This document shows positions 38,681 to 47,319 of a stretch of 64,000 nt of DNA, piece by piece; the stretch's first letter is position 1, and every line of letters begins with the position of its first letter. Both the position numbers and the translations under genes were made by a program. This DNA is from Eudoraea sp. (GTDB lineage Bacteria > Bacteroidota > Bacteroidia > Flavobacteriales > Flavobacteriaceae). Below the pieces are notes generated by a model. That model saw only the letters and a list, made by a program, of their open reading frames with translations. It was not told the DNA's origin and searched no databases. The stretch is from the NCBI GenBank assembly GCA_024639765.1, contig JAHEHU010000001.1, positions 2,800 through 66,799 on the forward strand, written 5' to 3'.

Positions 38681-39338
38681 CTATATTCACTATTTCATCT
38701 GAAACGATCCTGCCTTTTGGATAGCTGTTATTTGCCAGCCATATCATTGCCTGGGCAATGGTCATAGGATGTATGGCGCGATATTTCTTCAAGGGTCCCT
38801 GAAGTAACATATTAAAAACTGAAAAAAGCTTCTTTGCGATCCACTCCCCAACCCGTTTTTCATCCCTTTTTCCGCCAATGATGGATGGCTGAAGTATATA
38901 GGTATGAGCCGGTCCTTGTGCTAAAACAGCTTCTTCCATTTCCCCCTTGATCCTATTGTAAAATACAGCGCTCTTTACATTGGCCCCTAGGGCCGAAATA
39001 ACAATGAAAGTGTCAATCTCATTTTCCAAACACAATTGTGCTGCAGCCACGGGGATACCAAGGTCTATTTTCCGGTATAATTCTTTATCCGGAGTTTTTG
39101 ATTTTGTGGTGCCAATACAACAATAAACTTCATCTGCTTTGAAATAGGATTTAAAGTTGGATAAAGAGAATAGGTCTCCTATATATTCTTCCAATTTTGG
39201 GTGGTTTATTTTGGAAGCCGATCTCGAAAAGATCTTGATTCTATCGTACCGATGGTCCCTCAATAATTCATCTAACAAAAGGCCTCCTGTGAGGCCCGTT
39301 GCACCCAGAATAATGGCACTTTTCTTTGACCCGTCCAT
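38667..39338 (-). CDS. NAD(P)H-binding oxidoreductase (HTATIP2-like)
   Basis: Rossmann motif ILGATGLTGG. 223 aa. Confidence 0.7.
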   Translation of the reverse strand: MDGSKKSAIILGATGLTGGLLLDELLRDHRYDRIKIFSRSASKINHPKLEEYIGDLFSLSNFKSYFKADEVYCCIGTTKSKTPDKELYRKIDLGIPVAAAQLCLENEIDTFIVISALGANVKSAVFYNRIKGEMEEAVLAQGPAHTYILQPSIIGGKRDEKRVGEWIAKKLFSVFNMLLQGPLKKYRAIHPMTIAQAMIWLANNSYPKGRIVSDEIVNIVAYD

Positions 39339-39366
39339 AAAACTAAGATATGACTTAAATTTGTTT

Positions 39367-40464
39367 ATGCAGTACGATTTCCCCCTACGGAAAATTATTC
39401 ATGTTGATATGGATGCGTTTTATGCATCTGTTGAGCAATTAGACCAGCCAGAGCTGAAGGGAAAACCATTGGCGGTAGGCGGAGGGTCCGAAAGAGGTGT
39501 AGTAGCTGCCGCCAGTTACGAGGCTCGCAAGTTTGGAGTAAAAAGTGCTATGAGCGGATACCTAGCCAAAAAAAGATGCCCGGAACTCATCTTTGTAAAA
39601 CCACGCTTTGATCGCTACAAAGAGATCTCACAAAAGATCAGAGCCATCTTCTTCGACTATACTCATCTTGTAGAGCCACTTTCATTAGATGAAGCGTATT
39701 TAGACGTCACCACCAATAAAGTAGGAAATCCTTCTGCCACCCTTATCGCTCAGGAGATCCGTAAAAGGATCTTTGAAGAACTTGGACTAAGGGCCTCCGC
39801 TGGTATCTCCATCAATAAATTTATTGCCAAAGTGGCCAGTGACATCAACAAACCCAATGGTCAAAAAACAATAAATCCGGAAGAGGTAATACCATTCCTG
39901 GAAGAGCTTGATATAAGAAAATTCCATGGGGTTGGGAAGGTGACAGCTGAGAAGATGTACCAACTCGGTATTTTCACAGGTCTAGATCTTAAGAACAAGT
40001 CCCAGGATTTTTTAGAGGCACATTTTGGTAAAAGTGGTTTGCATTATTATCAGGTTGTTCGGGGAATACATCTCAGTACGGTAAAACCTCACCGCATCCC
40101 AAAATCGTTGGGAGCTGAACGGACATTCAGTGAAAATCTCAGCAGTGAGATTTTTATGAAGGAACGATTGATGCATATCTCCAAAGAGTTAGAAAAACGG
40201 ATCAGAAAATCTGATGTGGCCGGAAAAACGATCACGCTTAAAATAAAATACAGTGATTTTACACTGCAAACAAGGAGTAAGACACTTCCTTATTTTATTT
40301 CGGATCAGGAGTTGATCTTACATACAGCTATGGAGCTCTTATATCAGGATCCCCTGGACAATTCCGTGAGACTACTTGGCATCTCCCTTTCTAACCTGAA
40401 CAGCAGCAGTAAAAAGGCTGTAAAAAAAGAGGCAGTTTCCGTACAATTGAAATTTGATCTGTAA
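39367..40464 (+). CDS. dinB: DNA polymerase IV
   Basis: HVDMDAFYASVEQ, SLDEAYLDVT and HGVGKVT motifs. The start is trimmed to ATG 39367 because the longer ORF overlaps the divergent gene. Confidence 0.9.
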   Translation: MQYDFPLRKIIHVDMDAFYASVEQLDQPELKGKPLAVGGGSERGVVAAASYEARKFGVKSAMSGYLAKKRCPELIFVKPRFDRYKEISQKIRAIFFDYTHLVEPLSLDEAYLDVTTNKVGNPSATLIAQEIRKRIFEELGLRASAGISINKFIAKVASDINKPNGQKTINPEEVIPFLEELDIRKFHGVGKVTAEKMYQLGIFTGLDLKNKSQDFLEAHFGKSGLHYYQVVRGIHLSTVKPHRIPKSLGAERTFSENLSSEIFMKERLMHISKELEKRIRKSDVAGKTITLKIKYSDFTLQTRSKTLPYFISDQELILHTAMELLYQDPLDNSVRLLGISLSNLNSSSKKAVKKEAVSVQLKFDL

Positions 40465-40466
40465 TC

Positions 40467-41909
40467 TTAAAAACTGCAAGACTCTATTTCTGTTACCCTA
40501 AGTGTATTAACCATACCTTTAGCTTTTATTGGCATGGCGGCTAGACTTATAAGCATATCTCCGGTATCTAGGAAACCTTTCTGACAAGCTATCTTATTAA
40601 CATCCTCTATGGTCTCATCAGTAGATACAAATCTATCATAATAAAAAGCTTTGACCCCCCAGAGTAAATTTAGCTGAGTTAAAATGCGTTTGTTTGAGGT
40701 AAAGACCAAAATATGAGCACTTGGTCTCCAGGCCGATATTTGAAAAGCTGTATAGCCACTATTCGTAAGTGTTGAAATTGCTGTTGCTTTTATTTCATTG
40801 GCCATGGTTGCCGCATGGAAACAAACAGCTTTGGTGATGTATCTTTTGGTTCTGATATTTGGCGGTTCTTGAGGCACTTGAATTAGTTCGGAACCTTCAA
40901 CGCTTTGCAGGATACTGGCCATTTTCTCAATTACCTGAATGGGATAATTCCCAACAGATGTCTCCCCAGATAACATTACTGCATCGGCACCATCCATCAC
41001 AGAGTTGGCCACATCATTTACCTCTGCCCTTGTAGGTGTAAGGCTGGTGATCATGGTCTCCATCATTTGGGTTGCGATGATCACAGGAATCCTGGCCCTT
41101 TTAGCTCTTAACACTAACGTTTTTTGGATCAGAGGAACTTCTTGTGCGGGCACTTCAACACCCAGATCTCCCCGGGCTACCATAAGTCCGTCGCAGTACG
41201 ATACTATTTTGTCAATATTCTCAACAGCCTCCGGTTTTTCTATCTTAGCAATGATTGGGATCTTATGTTCAGAATGTTCGGTGATCAGGTTTTGAAGGTC
41301 TATCAGATCCTGACTAAAACGAACAAAACTCAATGCGATCCAATCTACTTGCATAGATATGGCAAAAATGGCATCCTTTATGTCTTTTTTAGTAAGTGCC
41401 GGTAAGGAAATATTTGTATTTGGCAGGTTTACTCCTTTTTTAGATTTTAGAGGTCCTCCCTGTATTACTTTAGCCTTTACCTCATCCTTTTTATTAGTGG
41501 TAAGCACCTCAAACATAAGCTTTCCATCATCTAAAAGAATACGCTCCCCCGGGTTTACATCTCTCGGAAACTCTGCGTAATTCATATAAACCTTCTCCGC
41601 ATTTCCTTCAAAAGCTTTTCCGGTTACAAATGTTATCTCATCACCGGGGGCAACTACTACTTCACCGGCCATAACCCCTACCCTTAGTTTAGGACCCTGA
41701 AGATCACCAAGAATAGCTGTGTAAATTCCCAGTTCTTCATTCAATTCACGGATCATTTTGATCCGTGTCTTTACATCGTCATAATCAGCATGGGAAAAAT
41801 TAATGCGAAAAACATCGACCCCTGCTTCTATCATTTTCCTAAGGGTTTCCTTGTCACTGCAAGCAGGACCCAAGGTAGCCACTATCTTTGTCTTCTTCTT
41901 ATTGGGCAT
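40467..41909 (-). CDS. pyk: pyruvate kinase
   Basis: TKIVATLGPA, MVARGDLGVE and ATQMMETM motifs. Confidence 0.95.
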   Translation of the reverse strand: MPNKKKTKIVATLGPACSDKETLRKMIEAGVDVFRINFSHADYDDVKTRIKMIRELNEELGIYTAILGDLQGPKLRVGVMAGEVVVAPGDEITFVTGKAFEGNAEKVYMNYAEFPRDVNPGERILLDDGKLMFEVLTTNKKDEVKAKVIQGGPLKSKKGVNLPNTNISLPALTKKDIKDAIFAISMQVDWIALSFVRFSQDLIDLQNLITEHSEHKIPIIAKIEKPEAVENIDKIVSYCDGLMVARGDLGVEVPAQEVPLIQKTLVLRAKRARIPVIIATQMMETMITSLTPTRAEVNDVANSVMDGADAVMLSGETSVGNYPIQVIEKMASILQSVEGSELIQVPQEPPNIRTKRYITKAVCFHAATMANEIKATAISTLTNSGYTAFQISAWRPSAHILVFTSNKRILTQLNLLWGVKAFYYDRFVSTDETIEDVNKIACQKGFLDTGDMLISLAAMPIKAKGMVNTLRVTEIESCSF

Positions 41910-41912
41910 TAT

Positions 41913-42371
41913 TTAAAAAATTAGGTTGGGCTTAGATTTTAATTTTGCCGTATCAATTTCATAGGCAGTGACCACCTTAGGGATCGCCTTAATCTTTTGT
42001 AACAGCGTAGAATGTAATTCAATATCATCCAATTTCAAAAGGAAATTTACTTCTTTATGTTCCGGTACCAACTGATGACTGGTATATGAAAGCTCTTCCG
42101 GGAAGAGATCATCCGGATTCGATTGCTCTGAGGTGATACAACTATTCTTAAATAAAGTCCAGTTTCGGTCGTATAATTCGTCTTTCCACTCAAAACAAGG
42201 ATAGGAAATAGAGGGAGAAAAGCTAAGGTCCTCTGACAATCTTTTCAATCGGATCTTTAACACCTCATTCAATGCATAAACAAGCGCAAAATCTTCCAGG
42301 CTGGTATGAATACCCACCAGTGAAAATTCCTCATCATACATATCCTCATATAGCCGCAAGGTTGCTCCCAT
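41913..42371 (-). CDS. IPExxxVDY-family protein (Bacteroidota-specific, function unknown)
   Basis: 152-aa ORF beginning ...EEFSLVGIHTSLEDFALVYALN, lying between rnc and pyk as in other Bacteroidota. Recognition is from memory of the family name only. Confidence 0.55.
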   Translation of the reverse strand: MGATLRLYEDMYDEEFSLVGIHTSLEDFALVYALNEVLKIRLKRLSEDLSFSPSISYPCFEWKDELYDRNWTLFKNSCITSEQSNPDDLFPEELSYTSHQLVPEHKEVNFLLKLDDIELHSTLLQKIKAIPKVVTAYEIDTAKLKSKPNLIF

Positions 42372-42485
42372 AAAAAAGCGTAAGATGTAAATATATAATT
42401 TATAACGTTAGTTGCCTAGTGACTGAGGGCCTTATCTGCTGTTAATACGTTACGCAATCCTTTGCGTACTTCAATAAGGAGAAGT

Positions 42486-43223
42486 TTAAGAATTTTCTAT
42501 TTTGTGTTGTAAGGCAAAAAAAGCTCTTTTCGATGCTTTTTCTTCTGCCTTCTTTTTAGAAGTAGCTCTGGCCTTGGCCATCACTTTACCATTTATACTG
42601 AATTTTACCGCAAAATGTTTTAAAGGATCTTTACCATTGTCCTCATAGACATTGTATTTGAATTCTTTTTTTTGTTTTTGACACCATTCTATTAAAAGAC
42701 TTTTATAACTGATCACCTTCCCTTCTAGTTGTTCAATGTCTACGTAGGGATCTATAACGCGGTCCGTTATAAATTGTTCACAGTACTTATATCCACGATC
42801 CAGATAAATAGCACCAATCAGGGCTTCAAATACGTTGCCGTGGATATTGTCTCCAAAATGCGTTTTTGGTATTTTGCTCTCCACAAAATGAATCAGGTTG
42901 AGGTCCTTCCCAAGTTCATTTAAATGTTTTCTACTTACAATTTTAGAGCGCATCTTGGTAAGATAGCCTTCGTCACCTCCGGGCACCTCATTATACAAAT
43001 GCTTGGAAATAATTGTCCCCAACATGGCATCACCCAGAAATTCCAGTCGTTCATAGTTCATGGGGTTGCCTTGTTTGTCTTTTACGTTTGCCGAACGATG
43101 AAGAAAGGCTTTTTTGTAAATGCCTATATTTTTTGGTTTAAATCCCAGGATATTTGTTATTCCCAAAAAAAAATCCCCATCCTGTTTGGAATGGGAATTG
43201 AATATATTAGAGGGAAAATTCAT
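42486..43223 (-). CDS. rnc: ribonuclease III
   Basis: ERLEFLGDA signature and a C-terminal dsRBD. Confidence 0.9.
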   Translation of the reverse strand: MNFPSNIFNSHSKQDGDFFLGITNILGFKPKNIGIYKKAFLHRSANVKDKQGNPMNYERLEFLGDAMLGTIISKHLYNEVPGGDEGYLTKMRSKIVSRKHLNELGKDLNLIHFVESKIPKTHFGDNIHGNVFEALIGAIYLDRGYKYCEQFITDRVIDPYVDIEQLEGKVISYKSLLIEWCQKQKKEFKYNVYEDNGKDPLKHFAVKFSINGKVMAKARATSKKKAEEKASKRAFFALQHKIENS

Positions 43224-43229
43224 TAATCC

Positions 43230-44480
43230 TTAGATAATTTTTTTAAATACTACACAAGCATTATGGCCACCAAAACCAAAGGTATTGCTCATAGCTACAC
43301 GAACGTCTCGTTTCTGAGCTTTGTTCAGTGTTAGGTTCAGGGTGGGATCTATATGTTCATCAACCACAGAATGATTAATGGTTGGAGGTACCAGACCGTG
43401 TTTCAATGCAAGTATTGAAGAAATAGCTTCAATAGCTCCGGCGGCACCTAATAAATGACCCGTCATTGATTTGGTTGAATTTATATTGATATTAGGCGCA
43501 TGTTTTCCAAATACCTGCGATATTGCCTTCAATTCTGCTACATCACCCAAAGGTGTTGAGGTGCCATGGGTATTGATAGCATCAACATCTTCCGGATGTA
43601 TACCAGCATCTTGTAAACAATTCTTCATTACCCGCACTACTCCGATACCTTCGGGATGAGGAGCGGTCATATGGTAGGCATCACTAGACATTCCCCCTCC
43701 TATGATCTCTGCGTATATTTTTGCCCCTCTTGCTTTCGCATGCTCATACTCTTCAAGGATCAATGCCCCGGCACCTTCTCCGAGAACAAAACCATCTCTG
43801 GTAGCATCGAAAGGTCTGGAGGCCGTCTCCGGGCTTTCATTTCTGGTTGACAGGGCATGCATGGCATTAAAACCGCCCATCCCTGCGAGGGTAACGGCTG
43901 CTTCACTTCCTCCGGTAACGATCACGTCGCAATGCCCCAAACGTATATAGGTCAGGGCATCGATCATTGCATTTGCCGAAGAGGCACATGCAGATACCGT
44001 TGTATAATTAGGGCCCATAAAACCGTGTTTGATGGAAATATTTCCCGGAGCAATATCGGCGATCATTTTAGGAATAAAGAAAGGATTGAACCTTGGAGTG
44101 CCATCTCCATTCGCAAAATCCATTACTTCATTTTGAAATGTCTCTAGTCCACCGATCCCTGCACCCCATATAACACCAACTCTAAATTTGTCTACTACGT
44201 TTAGGTCGAGACCTGCGTCTAAAATAGCTTCATCCGAAGATACTAAGGCATATTGCGCAAATCTGTCTAGCTTTCTGGCTTCTTTCCTATCAAAGAAATT
44301 AAGGGGATCAAAATTCTTGATTTCGCAAGCAAATTTTGTTTTGAATTTCTCGGTGTCAAAATAGGTAATAGGCGCAGCGCCACTCTTACCTGCCTTAAGA
44401 CCTTCCCAGTATTCATCCAGGGTATTGCCAATAGGAGTCAAAGCCCCTAGTCCGGTAACTACAACTCGTTTTAACTGCAT
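43230..44480 (-). CDS. fabF: beta-ketoacyl-ACP synthase II
   Basis: Active-site SACASS, HGTSTPLGD and GFGGHNA motifs. Confidence 0.95.
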   Translation of the reverse strand: MQLKRVVVTGLGALTPIGNTLDEYWEGLKAGKSGAAPITYFDTEKFKTKFACEIKNFDPLNFFDRKEARKLDRFAQYALVSSDEAILDAGLDLNVVDKFRVGVIWGAGIGGLETFQNEVMDFANGDGTPRFNPFFIPKMIADIAPGNISIKHGFMGPNYTTVSACASSANAMIDALTYIRLGHCDVIVTGGSEAAVTLAGMGGFNAMHALSTRNESPETASRPFDATRDGFVLGEGAGALILEEYEHAKARGAKIYAEIIGGGMSSDAYHMTAPHPEGIGVVRVMKNCLQDAGIHPEDVDAINTHGTSTPLGDVAELKAISQVFGKHAPNININSTKSMTGHLLGAAGAIEAISSILALKHGLVPPTINHSVVDEHIDPTLNLTLNKAQKRDVRVAMSNTFGFGGHNACVVFKKII

Positions 44481-44527
44481 GGAACCAATTTTTGTTTCAT
44501 AGGAAATACGTATACCACCTGAAAATT

Positions 44528-44566
44528 AAAAAAAAATATCCATGCAGCATGGTAACCACATGGATA
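44528..44566 (-). terminator. hairpin plus U-tract between acpP and fabF (terminator/attenuator)
   Basis: Minus strand reads TATCCATG-N14-CATGGATA followed by T9. Confidence 0.5.
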
Positions 44567-44594
44567 ATTCACATCATGTTCCTGATATCATTAC

Positions 44595-44828
44595 TTATTT
44601 GGCCTCTTCAATATAACTGATAGCCTGGCCGACGGTTGCGATATTTTCAGCTTGATCATCCGGAATTTGAATATCAAATTCCTTTTCAAATTCCATTATT
44701 AACTCAACAGTGTCTAATGAATCTGCTCCCAGATCGTTGGTGAAGCTAGCTTCTGCAACTACTTCATTTTCATCCACGCCTAACTTATCAACGATAATTG
44801 CTTTAACTCTTGATGCAATGTCTGACAT
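44595..44828 (-). CDS. acpP: acyl carrier protein
   Basis: 77 aa with the DLGADSLD phosphopantetheine site. Confidence 0.95.
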   Translation of the reverse strand: MSDIASRVKAIIVDKLGVDENEVVAEASFTNDLGADSLDTVELIMEFEKEFDIQIPDDQAENIATVGQAISYIEEAK

Positions 44829-44859
44829 AATTTTATTGGTTTTAATTTTTAATTGTTGG

Positions 44860-44867
44860 CAAAAATA
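44860..44867 (-). promoter_or_regulatory. candidate Bacteroidota -7 box for acpP
   Basis: Minus strand TATTTTTG matches TAnnTTTG, 31 nt upstream of the acpP ATG. No clear -33 element. Confidence 0.35.
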
Positions 44868-45071
44868 AAAAACTTTGGTGGAAATACACCATGTGAAGCC
44901 AATTTGTGGGGTAATTTAAGAAATTTAATGGCAAGTGTATTACTTTAGTACCTTAAATATTGATTGAAGAATTGTTTCCGTAGTGATATTGGAACGAAGC
45001 ATTCCTAAATCTCAATTAACCCTTTAGAATCTTCTGTAACTCCTGTGCCTAAGAGAAGTTAAATTTACATA

Positions 45072-45641
45072 ATGAAGCGTATTGTCCTTTTTGCCTCAGG
45101 CTCTGGTTCTAATGTTGAAAATATTGTTACGTATTTCTCAGGACATTCTAATATTACCGTTTCCTGTGTTCTTACCAATAAACGCGACGCACATGTCCTA
45201 GATCGTTGTAATAGATTAGGGGTCCCGGCCTTTTATTTTAATAAAGCCGGATTTGTAAACACTCCACTAGTTTTGCAACTATTAAAATGTTTAGAACCAG
45301 ATCTTATAGTGCTGGCGGGCTTCTTGCTGAAAATACCGCCTGATTTGGTCAACGCTTTTCCGGGGAAGATCATTAATATCCATCCAGCCTTACTACCCAA
45401 ATACGGAGGAAAAGGGATGTATGGTAAACATGTACATATTGCGGTAAAATCAGAAGGCGAATCTGAAACGGGCATCACTATCCACTACGTTAATGAACAT
45501 TATGACGAAGGGGCAATCATAAAGCAATTCAAGGTGGAGATCGCCAAAGAAGATACCGTAGACCAAATCACGGCCAAAGTGCACGCTCTGGAGCACCGTC
45601 ACTTCCCTCAGGTTATTGAAGACATACTATTGGAATCATAA
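45072..45641 (+). CDS. purN: phosphoribosylglycinamide formyltransferase
   Basis: FASGSGSN and INIHPALLPKYGG motifs. Confidence 0.9.
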   Translation: MKRIVLFASGSGSNVENIVTYFSGHSNITVSCVLTNKRDAHVLDRCNRLGVPAFYFNKAGFVNTPLVLQLLKCLEPDLIVLAGFLLKIPPDLVNAFPGKIINIHPALLPKYGGKGMYGKHVHIAVKSEGESETGITIHYVNEHYDEGAIIKQFKVEIAKEDTVDQITAKVHALEHRHFPQVIEDILLES

Positions 45642-46276
45642 TGGCAGGTAAAAAGAAATTTTATGTGGTCTGGAAAGGTAAGAACCCGGGTGTATATGAG
45701 AGTTGGGAAGCTTGTAAGCAGCAGATCACTGGAGTGAAAGGCGCTCAGTATATGTCATTCTCTTCCATGGAAAAAGCAACCTTAGCTTATAACAGCTCTT
45801 ATGAGGCCTATAAAGGAAAAAAGAAAAAAGATACAGGCCTGTCTGCCAAAGATCTTTTAAAAATTGGGGAACCAACCATGCATTCTATTTCCGTAGATGC
45901 TGCCTCTAGTGGAAATCCTGGTATTATGGAATACCAGGGCGTCGATACCAAAACAAAAAAACGGTTATTCAAACAAGGTCCTTTTCCCGAAGGGACCAAT
46001 AATATTGGTGAGTTCCTTGCCATCGTACACGGTTTGGCCTATTTGAAAGAACGAAAGTCGGATCGTATTATATACACAGATTCCAGAACTGCTATGAGTT
46101 GGGTGAGAAAGAAACAATGCAATACAAAATTACAGCCCAATGCCAAGAACGAGGCCCTGTTTAACCTTATCAGAAGAGCCGTAACATGGCTAAAGGAAAA
46201 TTCTTATAATACCCCGGTGGTAAAATGGGAAACGGCTGCGTGGGGAGAGATTCCCGCAGATTTTGGAAGGAAATAA
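45641..46276 (+). CDS. rnhA: ribonuclease HI with N-terminal hybrid-binding (RNase H1 / viroplasmin-like) domain
   Basis: The N-terminus (KFYVVWKGKNPGVYESWEACKQQ) precedes an RNase H core (SVDAASSGNPG...NNIGEFLAIVHGL...IYTDS). TAATG start/stop overlap with purN. Confidence 0.85.
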   Translation: MAGKKKFYVVWKGKNPGVYESWEACKQQITGVKGAQYMSFSSMEKATLAYNSSYEAYKGKKKKDTGLSAKDLLKIGEPTMHSISVDAASSGNPGIMEYQGVDTKTKKRLFKQGPFPEGTNNIGEFLAIVHGLAYLKERKSDRIIYTDSRTAMSWVRKKQCNTKLQPNAKNEALFNLIRRAVTWLKENSYNTPVVKWETAAWGEIPADFGRK

Positions 46277-46354
46277 TCTGCTTTAATTTAACGTTTTACG
46301 GGGGCATATAGCGAAATACAAAAGTGTATATTTGCAACGAATTGAACATCGATT

Positions 46355-47281
46355 ATGGGTAAGCTTTTAATTGTTGGTACGGTAGCTTTTGATGCCATTG
46401 AAACTCCTTTTGGAAAAACGGACAAGATCCTGGGTGGGGCTGCAACATTTATTGGTCTGGCAGCGGCCCAGTTTAGCTTAGAATCTGCTATAGTATCTAT
46501 TGTAGGTGACGACTTTCCGCAATCTTACCTGGATCTTTTAAAGAATAAAGGGATCGATATTTCGGGTATTGAGATCGTAAAAAATGGAAAGACCTTTTTT
46601 TGGAAAGGAAAGTACCATAATGACCTCAACAGCAGAGACACTTTAATAACCGATCTGAATGTCTTAGCTGATTTTGATCCAAAGGTACCCGCCAATTTTA
46701 AAGATGCCGATGTACTAATGCTTGGCAACCTGCATCCCAGTGTTCAACTGAGTGTTATTCAGCAAATGGAAGAAAAACCTAAGCTGATAGCCCTAGATAC
46801 TATGAACTTCTGGATGAACAATACGTTAGCGGAATTGAAAGAGGTTATTCGTCATACAGATGTCATCACAATTAATGATGAAGAGGCCAGACAGCTTACA
46901 AACGAATACTCGCTGGTTAAAGCGGCTCAAAAGATACAATCTATGGGGCCGAAATATGTGGTGATCAAAAAAGGAGAACACGGGGCCCTATTGTTTCATG
47001 ATGATGATGTGTTCTTTGCTCCGGCTTTACCATTGGAAGAGATCTTTGATCCCACAGGAGCAGGTGATACCTTTGCAGGTGGTTTTGTTGGCCATATTGC
47101 CGAAACAGAAAATATCTCCTTTCACAATTTAAGAAATGCGGTTATCCACGGATCTAATCTTGCTTCCTTTTGTGTAGAAAAATTTGGAACTGAGCGAATG
47201 CAACACCTTTCCAAAGAAGAAGTTAGCAGAAGGCTTAATCAGTTTAAACAATTAACACAATTCGATATTGAGTTACAATAA
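46355..47281 (+). CDS. PfkB family sugar kinase
   Basis: DPTGAGDTF motif. 308 aa. Confidence 0.75.
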   Translation: MGKLLIVGTVAFDAIETPFGKTDKILGGAATFIGLAAAQFSLESAIVSIVGDDFPQSYLDLLKNKGIDISGIEIVKNGKTFFWKGKYHNDLNSRDTLITDLNVLADFDPKVPANFKDADVLMLGNLHPSVQLSVIQQMEEKPKLIALDTMNFWMNNTLAELKEVIRHTDVITINDEEARQLTNEYSLVKAAQKIQSMGPKYVVIKKGEHGALLFHDDDVFFAPALPLEEIFDPTGAGDTFAGGFVGHIAETENISFHNLRNAVIHGSNLASFCVEKFGTERMQHLSKEEVSRRLNQFKQLTQFDIELQ

Positions 47282-47282
47282 C

Positions 47283-47307
47283 GCCCTGTCTTTACGGGGC
47301 TTTTTTT
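47283..47307 (+). terminator. intrinsic terminator
   Basis: GCCCTG-TCTTTA-CGGGGC followed by T7. Confidence 0.7.
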
Positions 47308-47319
47308 ATGACATGAACT

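Noticed and set aside
39157-39366. 70-aa N-terminal extension of dinB in the ORF track.
   Set aside because: It overlaps the divergent NAD(P)-binding gene on the other strand. The DinB homology begins right after the ATG at 39367.
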